DNA of 64,000 bases from Geosiphon pyriformis uo1 (Eukaryota; Fungi; Glomeromycota), in assembly GCA_016748015.1 (NCBI GenBank), contig JAAOMT010000034.1, positions 186,001 to 250,000 on the forward strand, read 5' to 3'. Every line of letters starts with the position of its first letter. Position 1 is the stretch's first letter. The notes beneath the pieces are model-generated. The model was given only the letters and a program-made list of their open reading frames with translations. It had not been told where the DNA came from and searched no databases. Below are positions 12,746 through 25,684 of this stretch, piece by piece. A program made the position numbers and the translations under genes.

Positions 12746-14536
12746 TCAATCGGATAACACGGCATCGGGACCTCTATATAATGCCATCATAACAGCGGCA
12801 ATTAATAATACGAGGAAGCGACACCATCTCCAGAATAATCTTAAAATCTTGTATATTATTCTTGCCCATCTTCGGAAAAACCATTCTCGTCTTAGCATTG
12901 CTTTCTCATCGTCCTCTTTAAATTGTTCAAGGAATGTAAATTCATCCTCGGACATGTAATCTATAATGTCCTCTCCAGCTTCTGACATTGCCGTGCTCCG
13001 TGTATAATATTCACTAAAATCGCTTTCAGACATTACTGGTGAGAATGGGGGAGCACCATTATTACCATTTTTTCGGCCTCGTTGAAATATAGAAAGTTCT
13101 CGATACCATTGACTCTCCAATTCATCAAGTAAAGTGGGTCGAACATTTTTATTTGATTGTCCAGATGTCACAGCCGGGGTAATACCTCGTAGATTCACTA
13201 TAGCATCCGGATCACTCACTCGTCGCATAGCACCTTCTGAAAATGAACCGGGACGTGAATTCATTCCGGATCGCATACCTAGATTTATCATTCGTTGTTC
13301 CTCTAGTGACATTCTAAGTTCGGTAACATATTCTGCTTGATTATCGTAACGTTCTTTAAGAGCGACATAATCTTTTGCTGTTTGTTGAAGTTCTTGGTGT
13401 TGTTCTTGAAGGGTGTTAAGTTCTGTTTTGGTTTGATTTAATCGTTTCTCGAGATCAATTTTTGTCCGTTCAAGTGAATGATTACTGTCCTCAAATTCTT
13501 TAACCTTTTTCAAGAGTCTATCAATAACATCGTCATTATCGGTACATTTTTGATTGTATTTTAAATTCCAAAAATCTTCACTTTGTTTTTTCTGAAGTCT
13601 TTGATTTTCGTGTTCGAGAGTTTCGATCTTATCGGCGGCCTGACTGCATTGATCGTATAAAAGCTGGATATCAGCTTCTAGATGTCGAATTTTTGTCTTT
13701 GAAGTTTTTTCGAATTCCTTATTCTCATTGATTAGGGATTCAATGCGAGCCTGTAATTCGGTGTTATTGAATTCAAGCTCCCTGATGTTATCATAGTCTT
13801 TTTGTGACATACCAATTCGAGGCTGTGACCTTGTTCTTATCCTGTTTGGTACCATTTCTATGCCACTACTGTATCCAGCCGTTGATTCATTGTCACTCTC
13901 ATTGTCCCAATCACTCTCCTCTTCTGGAAACGCTTCCAAACCAGTATTTGGTGGTGCTATTCGTGGAATTCTGTCCGAAATTGAGTGTCCATATCCTTGT
14001 TGACGTTGTCGACTTTGATGTTGTAATTTTACTAGTAATTCTTCGTAACTCCCCTTTAACTTGATATTGTTTTCCAAAAGACTTTTACCGATTTCGGCTG
14101 CCAAATGTAAATCTATCGATTACCAGAAATATAAAAAAAATTTGAGTAAGATTTTCGTAATGACACGTGACAAAAAGTAGGTCATTGAGATAATTTCAAT
14201 CAATCAATCAATCAATCAATCGATAAATGGGTCATAATACTTTAAAGATTTTTCTTTTGGATATTGTTTTCAACAGTTCCTCCCCAAATTTAAATTTTTA
14301 ATCTAATAATTACCTCTCTCTTTTTCCTTGAGCCTGGCATGTGCATCTTTCAAGTCTGCTGTCAACTCTGCATTAGACTTGCTTGCAATATTCCAGGAAC
14401 AGTTACTGTTAGGTGAAGTCATACCACTCCTATTGGGCGAAGGAGGTGAATTAGGAGAGCCAATATTGAAGGGTTGTATGTTGGACAAATCAACAGAAAG
14501 TTTTGTTTTATTTTGACGGGGTGTTGGAGGAACCAT
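12746..14536 (-). CDS. Coiled-coil protein (~529 aa) with CC1-box (HAP1_N/BICDR/CDR2-like), Spindly-like motif and hydrophobic C-terminal segment; putative dynein activating adaptor
   Basis: Exons 14536-14314 and 14112-12746 (GT...AG, phase 1) join to give KEKER-DLHLAAEIGKSLLENN. Long heptad region, TLLDELE, and C-terminal WRWCRFLVLLIAAVMMALYRGP. Confidence 0.85.
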
Positions 14537-15229
14537 AAAGTATATAGGAATGTTCCCAGTCTTTTTATTCGGGGAGGTTGGTTAGATTTCCCAAAGGTGT
14601 AAAATATCTTTTTAATATATTTACAATCTATTGTGGAAAAAAAACGAGAAATTTTGGTTAGTTCAAAATTTTCTCCGGGGAACAATTATGAAAACCCTCG
14701 TCTATTTTTTTGTAAATCGAATTTTATGAGACTTGAAACTTCCGAGGAATAGAAAGTGGAAACTTTTAATAAATACCCAAAACTATCGAGACAATTGTCG
14801 AGAAATAAAAAGTGTTCAGAAAGGAAAAGTTCAAAGTGGGTGTATGTTTTGTCTATCAAAGAAGAATATTATCAAAGTAATAAGAAATAAAAAGCCTTGC
14901 TCTTTGAAATTTATAGCGGGTTGGGGGGGGGGGGGAGAGATTAATTTCTTAAATAATAACAGGTGGTGATTTCCAGCTCGAATGTTTACAATATGTTTTT
15001 TTACAGAGAGAGCTTTAGGGATAAAAAGTTTATTGGTGGGCAGGTTTAGTTAGGTTGTTGGGTTATGATATAGGTTGACGGTTTCGAGTGGTTGAATTTT
15101 TAGGTTTGTGAGTATTAGTCTTGAAGAATAATTATCAGCTGGGTTCGTTAAAAAAAAATCAAAAATAAAAGGGAATATTTTTCATATAAATTCTTTCTTT
15201 GCAAGTATAAATAACTAGTGTAGAGAAAG

Positions 15230-16879
15230 TTGAAGTAGTAGTAGTAGTAGTAGTAGTAAATGATATGTAGACACACGAGCAAAAAAAATTTATGTGGTCG
15301 CGCTTAACAAGGAAAAAAAGGGCGAATGTATGTTGAACAAGAAGGATATATAAGGAATTTTTTGGAACGCCTCTTGTACCATAAAAAAAAAAAAAACTAT
15401 CAAACTAAAAATTATAATGGACAGACAACAATAGTCAGTATTATGTATAAAAAATTTATGATAATAAAAGTATTTTGTGGTCTATTCTCTCACACGAGTA
15501 TCATTGATAGAGAGTTGGGGGAACTTTATTTATTGTATTTTTGTTCCGTTTTTACTTTTTTTTTATTAGGAAAAGAGAAAGGAGAGAAGGAAAGAGAGGG
15601 AGCAAAAAAATCTTTTTGCGCGCCTTTTTTTTTTTCTCTAATTATAATGTCTTTTATGGTTTGATTTGGGTTTGCCTCTTTTCGGCTAGCTTCGGGTTGA
15701 TAAAATTTTTCAAGATTTAAAAAATATTGGGAATGTGAAGAGGAAAAATGCAATTTCTTTTGAATTTTTTTTTTCCAGTGTTTCTTGTTGATAACGACAA
15801 TAACGTTCGTAATATTATGTGTAACTGTTGTGTGTGTGTGGGAACAATTACAAAGGAGCAGAGCAAAGTAAAGGCAAAGAAAAAAGTAAACTAAGTTCGA
15901 GGTGTTGGGGATTAGGTAATGAAAAGAATCAAAGAGGGTATGTAATGAATCAAAGAAAAATGAAATTTTTTTGAAGTAAGAGAAAGAGATATCAGGAAAA
16001 TGTCATTCAAATTGAATCTTTGAATAAATGAATAATGATTATTATTAATTTTAAAAAAAAAGTTGGGAAATCTGTGTTACTTTGGGTTCAAATAATTATA
16101 AAGTGGAAATTTTGAAGTAGTTCAAGTCTCTTTGTACAACGACCACACTATCTCTGGAGGAACGGGAGGGGAAAGGGGAAGGGGGAAAAGTAATTCACAT
16201 TAAATTTAAATCTATATCACTATACTTACCACCAGGTCTTTATGTCACAGGTAACGATATATGAAAGATGAGGTTTTATTGATGTTGTTATTTTTCTTTG
16301 GTCTCTCTCTTTATTTCTTTTTTAATTTTTCTAATAAAGTTTAAGATTCAAACAGAGATGTTGATAGGGAATTTTTTTTTTTAAAAAAAAAGTTGTATAT
16401 ATAAAATTGTATCAGATGTGTTTTATTCTTTAAAAAAAAACAAAAATAATAATAATAATAATAATAATAACAACAACAACAACAATAACAACAACGAGAA
16501 AAGTGTTTGAAAAAACGAACGCAAACAACCAAACGTTCAAACGCTATCTGATATACTTATAGAAAATTGTGGCGCATGCGGAGTGTTTTTATTTTTTATT
16601 TTTAAAAAAAAGAATTCCTGCAAGCAATAAAATTACGGGCGATATCAAAAGGATATGAAGTACTTTCATTCGGCCAATGATTAAAATAACCCTACATTTT
16701 ATTACATATATATATATAAATATATAAATATATGTAATAACTAAATAAAATAAATTCAAGCGAAACAAAAAAAACATTTTTGACTTTTTGCATTAACTTT
16801 TAATAGCGTTAAAAATTATAGGATTTTTTTTTTTATGGAACCAATTTGTTTCCATTTCTTTTCTTTTCTTTTCTTTTCT

Positions 16880-16910
<31 letters not shown>

Positions 16911-17059
16911 TACTTCTTTTTTTCTTTCTTGTTCTTTTCTTATTTCTTTGTTCCTTGATCATTATCATCACACACGCATTCTTTCTCATTCTATACTATT
17001 TCCTTTCCCTTCAAAAAAAAGTACAATATTACGAAAATCTAGCATTGAATCAAAAAATT

Positions 17060-17101
<42 letters not shown>

Positions 17102-17719
17102 TGTTTGAAGAATGATGTATTTGTTAAGCTTGCATATATTTGAAGAAAGACCAAACGCCCTGGGAAAATATTAATTGTTAAATGGCATTGACCTACAAAA
17201 AAATTTTCCCAATTTTTATGAAACACAGCAAACAAGCAGCATTGAACATGCAAGATTTAAAGGAAAATTTTATTGATTGATTATTTTTTCTTGAACTATT
17301 TTTCAAAGGTATGCAATTAAGATAAAGAAAGAGTAGTGAAAATAATGAGTAGATCAAACTAATTTAATTATCTCTAATAAATTAAAGTAAAATAAAATAA
17401 AATAAAATAAAATAAAATAAAATAAAATAAAATAAAGTAAAATAAAATAAAATAAAGTAAAATAAAATAAAATAAAATAAAAATATTCTTTACTAAATAT
17501 TCTTAAACCTTTTTTTTGAAAATGTAAAGATTTACAATAAAAGAATTGAAATCTCTTCAAATAAATTGGTCGATTCAATTTCATTAAAAATAGTTGGACT
17601 TAAATAAAGAAATTATCAGAAATACAAACAAATTCCCCGCATTTTTCGTATACAGTTGTACCAAAACACAACAATTTTTTTTTTATTGGCCGTGCTCATC
17701 TCTTGTCCTTTGTTAGGGG

Positions 17720-17750
<31 letters not shown>

Positions 17751-17958
17751 GTGGTTGTTTTGATGCTTGATGATGTTTTAATATTTTTTAGTATCTTGAA
17801 ATATTTAAATATAAGAATTCTATTATAAAATTAATTTTTTAATCCAAATTTTATAGAATTTTATCTTGTTCGTTCTCTTAAATTTTTAATCAAATTATTC
17901 CGCTAAACAGGATAGCAAAATTTACTTTTAAACATTTTTTATTAATGACAACACAAAA

Positions 17959-17999
<41 letters not shown>

Positions 18000-18678
18000 N
18001 NNNNNNNNNNNNNNNNNNNNNNNNNNNNNNNNNNNNNNNNNNNNNNNNNNNNNNNNNNNNNNNNNNNNNNNNNNNNNNNNNNNNNNNNNNNNNNNNNNNN
18101 NNNNNNNNNNNNNNNNNNNNNNNNNNNNNNNNNNNNNNNNNNNNNNNNNNNNNNNNNNNNNNNNNNNNNNNNNNNNNNNNNNNNNNNNNNNNNNNNNNNN
18201 NNNNNNNNNNNNNNNNNNNNNNNNNNNNNNNNNNNNNNNNNNNNNNNNNNNNNNNNNNNNNNNNNNNNNNNNNNNNNNNNNNNNNNNNNNNNNNNNNNNN
18301 NNNNNNNNNNNNNNNNNNNNNNNNNNNNNNNNNNNNNNNNNNNNNNNNNNNNNNNNNNNNNNNNNNNNNNNNNNNNNNNNNNNNNNNNNNNNNNNNNNNN
18401 NNNNNNNNNNNNNNNNNNNNNNNNNNNNNNNNNNNNNNNNNNNNNNNNNNNNNNNNNNNNNNNNNNNNNNNNNNNNNNNNNNNNNNNNNNNNNNNNNNNN
18501 NNNNNNNNNNNNNNNNNNNNNNNNNNNNNNNNNNNNNNNNNNNNNNNNNNNNNNNNNNNNNNNNNNNNNNNNNNNNNNNNNNNNNNNNNNNNNNNNNNNN
18601 NNNNNNNNNNNNNNNNNNNNNNNNNNNNNNNNNNNNNNNNNNNNNNNNNNNNNNNNNNNNNNNNNNNNNNNNNNNNNN

Positions 18679-18717
<39 letters not shown>

Positions 18718-19185
18718 TACTATCAAATTCCCATTAAAAATAGTAATAGCCCAGTACTAAGAAAATCTCCCAAAGTTAAACCAGAAATGAACTTGAAAAC
18801 ATTTTAATCAATGATGTGATAAGAAAATTAAATTGATAATTTTTGATTGGTCACGAAATTAAGGTTTTCGCAAAGAATTTTTGGTTTGGTGTGGTTACCG
18901 CTGTTGTTGCTGTTATTGTTATTGCTGTTGTCGTTGTCGTCGTCGTCGTCGTCGTCGTCGTTGCTGCTGCTGACTATGAAACTACTTGAGCCCTTTTCTG
19001 TTTTCTGTTTTCTGTTTATTTTCATGCACGACTTACAAAGATGATGAAATAGCTCAGATTAGAAATCGCTTTTTGAGGGGTTTTGTTTGTATGTTTACCG
19101 CTTTACTAATGTGGTTTTTAAATCTCATGATTGAAAAAAGAACAGTTAGATTTTCATCTAGTCAAAGAGGTTTCGTAACTTTTGA

Positions 19186-19228
<43 letters not shown>

Positions 19229-20169
19229 TTTTTTTTTTCTGATCAATCAATCAGACATTCTATATCGTCCCAAATTATAATTTAGAATATTGTAACACAA
19301 ACCGAAAAAGATTTAGAGATACCAATCGGGGAATTATTCTTTGTCAGAAATTAAATCTCGTGCACTTAGGTAAGGAAAAAATGCTAGCTAAAAACCCTGA
19401 AAGTAAATTCAAAAAAAAAGTTTTTTTTTCGTAAAGTAAACGTGAAGTAACGATTTATTTTATTTCATTTTTATTTTATTTTCTCACGCACGCAGTCGTA
19501 AAAAAATTTTCTTTTTTAAACTACAAAAAATTATGACTTTAGATAAAATGTTGAATAGAAAAAATAAAGAACAAAAAAATGTGATTATAAAAAATTGAGA
19601 TTTTCTATAATGTAGATTGATGGATGGATTGATGGATTGATTGATGGATGGATTGATGGATGGATGGATGGATGGATGTATGTATGTATGTATGAATGTA
19701 TGTATGTATGTTTGTTATGGCAAATCTTTTTCATTATGATCATCTTTTGCTTTAACTCGCGCCACGAGAAGCACCAACCATTCTTTTGATCACAGTTTAA
19801 TGAAAAGAATTGGTGTTGTTTTCGTTTTTGAATCAAACTTGATTCCTTTGTCTCCTAATTTCTTCCCACACACATGTCCTACTAAATCTCGGTCAATTTC
19901 AAAAGCCACCTCAAAGGTTAAACTTGTTTCAACCATAACATGAAGTATACTTTATTAGGTGATTTGCGTGGTGGTGGTGGTTGGTAGTTGGTGGTGTTGG
20001 TGGTGAGTTACATAGAATGACAAAAAGGATCGTAGCATAGAAAAATTGATACTACGACCCATTTACATGTGAAATTTATGGGGAAAAATGTGGCACAAAA
20101 ATAGTGTACCAAATTGAGAAAATTATGGTTCATCGATCCTTGAGAATTTTTATTCTCGTATCTTTTTAA

Positions 20170-20237
<68 letters not shown>

Positions 20238-20632
20238 CTTTCTTTGAAAGTGACCAGTAAGAAAAAATATTAGAAAAGTTCAAATCTGTATGTAGATTTC
20301 GATTTCCATTTAATTATGATTATGATTTATGATTACTGTTTACACAAATCGTCTTTTTGAAGATCTTAATCTTATTTTATTTCTACAAAAATTTTTTATA
20401 TTAAAAATATATTTTTTTTCATGTATTTTCGATTTTTTCAGCTAAACAAAAAGTGAAAAAGTTTTCGGAATTTTGGTTTTGAATAGGAAAGGAAGGAATC
20501 GATCCTAATATTTAATATTATAATAATTATTATTCATTATTTAATATTTATTATTTATCATTTATTATTTATTATTTATTATTTATTATTTATTATTTAT
20601 TATTATTATTATTTATTTTTATTTATTATTTA

Positions 20633-20665
<33 letters not shown>

Positions 20666-22572
20666 TATTATTTATTATTTTTTATTAATATCCCCCGCCT
20701 ATTCATGATATAAGCCTTACTTTTTAGTTTTTAACTTGAATTTAATTTCACACATTTCACTCCACTTTTTGTAACCTTCCAAAAATGATGAAATTAGGAA
20801 TCTGGGCGTTTTTATAAATAATGTTCACATGGGAAAAAAAAAAATTACATATATATATGTATGTATGTATGTATGTGTGTAATTATTATTATTATTATTA
20901 TTTTTTTTTTCGGGGTGGATGAGTTATAATAGTAATAATAGATTGTAATAAAATCAAAAATAATAGTAATAAAAATAATAATAAAAAATGAATGACATGC
21001 ATTTGATTTGATTTTTTTTTTTTTTTTCATCAAAATTTTATAAAAATCATACCACCACCATATTCGACATTATCTCGTTTTCAATGATGCTTAACTTGTT
21101 TTTTTTTTTTGTTATCAATCTTTGTCTTTGAACAAGAATTTATATTTTCTCAATTCCGGTTCGATTTGAAATGGAAAATAATAAAAAAATAAGATATAAA
21201 ATATAATATAATAATAATAATAATAATCATAATAATAATAAATAATAATAAATAATAATAAATAATAAATAATAAATAATAATAATAATAATAATAAATA
21301 AAATAAATTGATTCATAATATTCTTATTATTACTCCTTTTTCTTTTGAAATAAATATTAACACAACTTCTCGGCTAACTTTTTTCTTACCTTACCTTATC
21401 TTACCTTACCTTTTACCTCACCTCACCTCACCTCACGGATACAAAATTGGGGATTATTTATTATAGGGACTTAAAACAATAAATCAATCAATCAATGAAT
21501 CAATGAATCAATCAAACAATCAATTAAACAATTTATCCATGTTTCTTTGCATGGGATACAATATTTAAAATGATCCTTCTTTTAAAGAGGATTACCTGTT
21601 ACGGGGCTGAACAAACTTTATCATTTATCGCGTTTTTTCTAAATCGTGGTATACCGTTTTGAAAAAAAATATATATACATGTATTTTTATTTTTTTCTCG
21701 CGTTACCATCATAACGTGTTATTGGATTTCTATTATAGGTATTTCTATTAGATACTAGTTAAAAATCGGTTATCCGATTTCCCTCATACCTTTATCGAGA
21801 ATAATAGTATTTCACACGAAAACCACATGAGAATGCAGGGAACGTGAACTTTCACCATTGCAGCTTACATGCATAGTTAAAAAAGGTTCCCAAAAAAAAA
21901 AAATCCCCATAATAAAATACTAATTTCATTAATGTTTTTTTCTATTGATGAATCAACAAATATGCATATACACCTGCCACGGACAACTGTGTACAGATAA
22001 ACAAACAAACAAAAAAGCATAATTATCTTTCATATCTCCTATATCTATAAATATGAAGCTTGTGATGATTTTTTTTTTTTTTTTTTTTTTNNNNNNNNNN
22101 NNNNNNNNNNATTTTTTTTTTTTTTTTTTTTTTGCGGAAGATGAGAGAAACTAAAGTATGTTTAAAGATGAGGCTTCACTTTGGCGACACCAAATGTATA
22201 ATATCATCATGATCAGAAGAGTAACGGAATTTCATTTAACCAACCGAATAATTATTTCCAGGGAGAAAAAGGAGAGTATGTGTTTACATGATCAGAGTTT
22301 CAGAATCCAGAGAGGAATAGAGTATCGTGGTGGTGGTGGTGGTGGTGGTGGTGGTGGTGGTGATGATGAATCAGGAATCAGGAATCATGAATAATGATTT
22401 GTTTGAGTCATAAATTATAAATTATAAATCGTAAATTGATTGAAACCGGATCTGTAAATTTTGAGAAAAAAAAGATTGCCTGCACAATTCTTTCTTAGTA
22501 ACTTTAATTGTCACTTTAATAAAATCAGCTTTCTTGCTATTATTATTATTCTTATTCTTATTTTCATATTAC

Positions 22573-22615
<43 letters not shown>

Positions 22616-22651
22616 TTCATATTATTATTATTATTATTATTATTATTTTCA

Positions 22652-22696
<45 letters not shown>

Positions 22697-23583
22697 GTTA
22701 TCTTTTTGAAAGTAAAATGGGTTTCTCAGTACCATTGGATTCAGTTTCCAATATCATCCCATCATGATTTCTCCCATTTACCAGAAAGGTGGTGGTAGTG
22801 GTGGTGGTGAACCCATTATTTAATCGTACAATTCTCTAAAATTTTATTCAAAAACTAGGATAAAGCCGGTTCAAATTGTGTAAATTTACTTCTTATCATA
22901 ATCTACTAGAGTCACAAATCATTTTTAATATATGATGCTATGAATATGCAGGTGTGCCTGATTTTTGCGTGTCTGTACTTCCTATTAATGATGAAAGGAA
23001 GTAGTGCAATAAATTATTATTTTTTTCTTCTTTCTTTCTTTCTTTTTTTCTTTCTTTCTTTCTTTCTACTTTGTAAAAAGGAAAGCTTGAAATTTAGAAA
23101 AAATTGATCAACGATATGGTTTAAATAGTTAGCCTCCCCTCGTTGTGGTAAATTAAAGATTATGCATGATAAAACAGTGACGTAATTTACAGGCAGGCAG
23201 GTAGGTCAAAGTACTGATTATGAAATTTTAAACAGGGTTTCGTTAATTATAGCTTTTTTTTAAAAGTTAAATAGTCGTTTTAACAAGATTCTTAACAGGT
23301 GTTAAATTAACCATTGACGAGTACCAAATCTAAAGAATGAATAAATGAAAAGGATAAAATTGAATGAATGAATGAATGAATGAATGTATGAATGATACTT
23401 TTTTGAAATATTCTTACGTATTTCATATTTATAAAGATTAAAATATTTCCATTTTTAGGATTCATATTACAAAAAATTATTGATTTTTGATAATGATAAT
23501 GATAATTTCAATACAAGTTTTTTTTAAAGTTAAAATAAGCCACAAAAATGCCTTATTTTCTCTTATTCAAGGTCTCTTTCTCT

Positions 23584-23657
<74 letters not shown>

Positions 23658-24282
23658 CCTGTNNNNNNNNNNNNNNNNNNNNAGAACGCACTAAATTTTA
23701 ATTCTTTAGAATTCCTTATTTGATTTCAATGTCTCCCATTTTTAGGTTTTAAACACCTACTTTAAAAGTTTAGAATGTGATCTTCAGCCTCACTGAATAA
23801 AGACAACAAGTTTACAATCTAATGAAAAGTAAAAATTTTTTGGACATGGTAATGATAGAAGAAGGTGGTGATAGTGATAGTGGTAGTGATAATGGTAATG
23901 GTAATGGTAATGGTAATGGTAATGGTAATGGTAATGAGATGATTGTTGTTGTTGTTGTTGTTGTTGTTATTGTTATTGTTATTGTTGTTTTAAGTCATAA
24001 ACCATTTTAAGAAATGGGAATTGTAATCATTTCCAGAAATTATTCAAACACTTGTTAATTTTCAATTACACAATTATTATCATTCATATATACATGTATT
24101 TTTAACTAAAAAACTTAATTGCATGATGACCCGAAGCTAACTTGTATTTCGGGTAGAAACTTTCTATAGAAAAGATAATTTTTTAAAAATTCTAAAAATT
24201 AATTATATCTACCACACAACACATTATTAACTCTTACCNNNNNNNNNNNNNNNNNNNNNNNNNNNNNNNNNNNNNNATTTTC

Positions 24283-24347
<65 letters not shown>

Positions 24348-24503
24348 TCATTATTATTATTTTTCTTCTTCTTCTTCTTCTTCTTCTTCTTCTTCTTCTT
24401 CTTCTTCTTCTTCTTCTTCTTCTTCTTCTTCTTCTTCTTCTTCTTCTTCTTCTTCTTCTTCTTCTCATTATTATTATTATTATTATTATCATTATTATTA
24501 TTA

Positions 24504-24551
<48 letters not shown>

Positions 24552-24560
24552 CCACGTGTT
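15230..24560. repeat. Microsatellite-dense non-coding region: (TAG)n, (AAT)n, (AAAAT)n, (GTC)n, (ATGG/ATGT)n, poly-T, (GGT)n, (TC)n, (GGTAAT)n, (TTC)n
   Basis: Examples: (AAAAT)n 17385-17483, (ATGG/ATGT)n 19615-19710, poly-T 20172-20237, (GGT)n 22328-22361, (TC)n 23592-23655, (TTA)/(TTC)n 24285-24550. Confidence 0.9.
18000..18678. other. Assembly gap flanked by poly-T/poly-A (smaller gaps at ~22091, ~23663, ~24239)
   Basis: Runs of N. Confidence 0.99.
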
Positions 24561-24949
24561 TTAATCTTAAACCGCAAAAAAAAATTTAAAAAAAAAAAAC
24601 CTTTTTTCAACTGTCCCGCTAAATATCATGATATCAATCATCATCATTTAAACAATGGTCGGATGTAACGTAAAAATAGAACCTAAACTTAAAATTCTCG
24701 AAACACAACTAAACACAACTCCTTTTGCCGATGACCAATTTTCAGGAGGTAAAAAAAATGTCCTATAAATAATAATAATAATAATAAAGGTCACATACGT
24801 TTTTATGAAATGATCTCTGAAAAGTTTCACTGACACATGAAAATGAAAAATGTTTGAAGATCTTCACTAAATCATGAAAACCTTTTAATAATGAGAAAAA
24901 AAAAAATCTCAACCTAAAAAAAATCTCGTGACATGATGAATATAAATAT

Positions 24950-25644
24950 TTTTAAAAAGTTTAAAAAGATAGAAGTTTTAAATAATTATAATTATACAAC
25001 ATTTTTTTATAACAAATAACAAATATTTATACAAAAAGTTTTAAAATTATGATTATTTTATTTTTTGTTTAAATTTGCTTAAAAATAATTAACTTAATTC
25101 AATTTTTACAGATTTTTTTAAAAATAAAATTTATTTAAGTATAATATATAATAAATTATTGTAAAATTATTGTAAATAAATAATAAAACTATTTATTTAA
25201 TATTACTTTTTTAAATATTTTACATATTATTAATTAATAAGAATAATTATTATTTTATTCTTGTTTATAAAAATAATTTTTATTATCATATAACTGTTTT
25301 TAATTTAAATAATATTATTTTTAAAACTTTTTTTTAGTTTAAATATATTCTAATTTTATTAATTAAATCCAATTTACAGAATTATAAGTTTTTTGTCTAT
25401 TTTATAATACAAGCTAAATTTTTTAACTTTTTTTTTAAAAAATATATTTTTTAATTAAAATTATTTTAAAGATTTTTTTAATGAAAAAAACAATAATATT
25501 AATTAGTTCTTATATTTTATAATCTTTAAACAACTATTTTTTAATCTCAAATATCTGAATTATTAAATTTATAATTGAATAACTACTTATTTATTTACTT
25601 AAAAATCTTTAATAATTAATAAATATTTTTTAAATATTATTAAA

Positions 25645-25684
<40 letters not shown>

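Noticed and set aside
13134-14516. Plus-strand ORFs overlapping the coiled-coil gene (also 9960-10199, 5171-5374)
   Set aside because: Antisense shadows of real genes.
16222-16236. ATACTTACC resembling the U1 snRNA 5' end
   Set aside because: Does not continue as CTGG and no U1 stem-loops are evident; more simply a reverse-strand splice donor.
17712-17760. TTAGGG-like / (TTAGTTGG)n repeat as interstitial telomere
   Set aside because: Only a few imperfect units of a different period.
24121-24160. Small hairpin ACCCGAA…TTCGGGT with ATGATGA
   Set aside because: No box D or tRNA features; insufficient support for an RNA gene.
15326-24836. Numerous low-complexity ORFs (poly-I/L/Y/N/K/X)
   Set aside because: Translations of microsatellites and N gaps; no coding signature.
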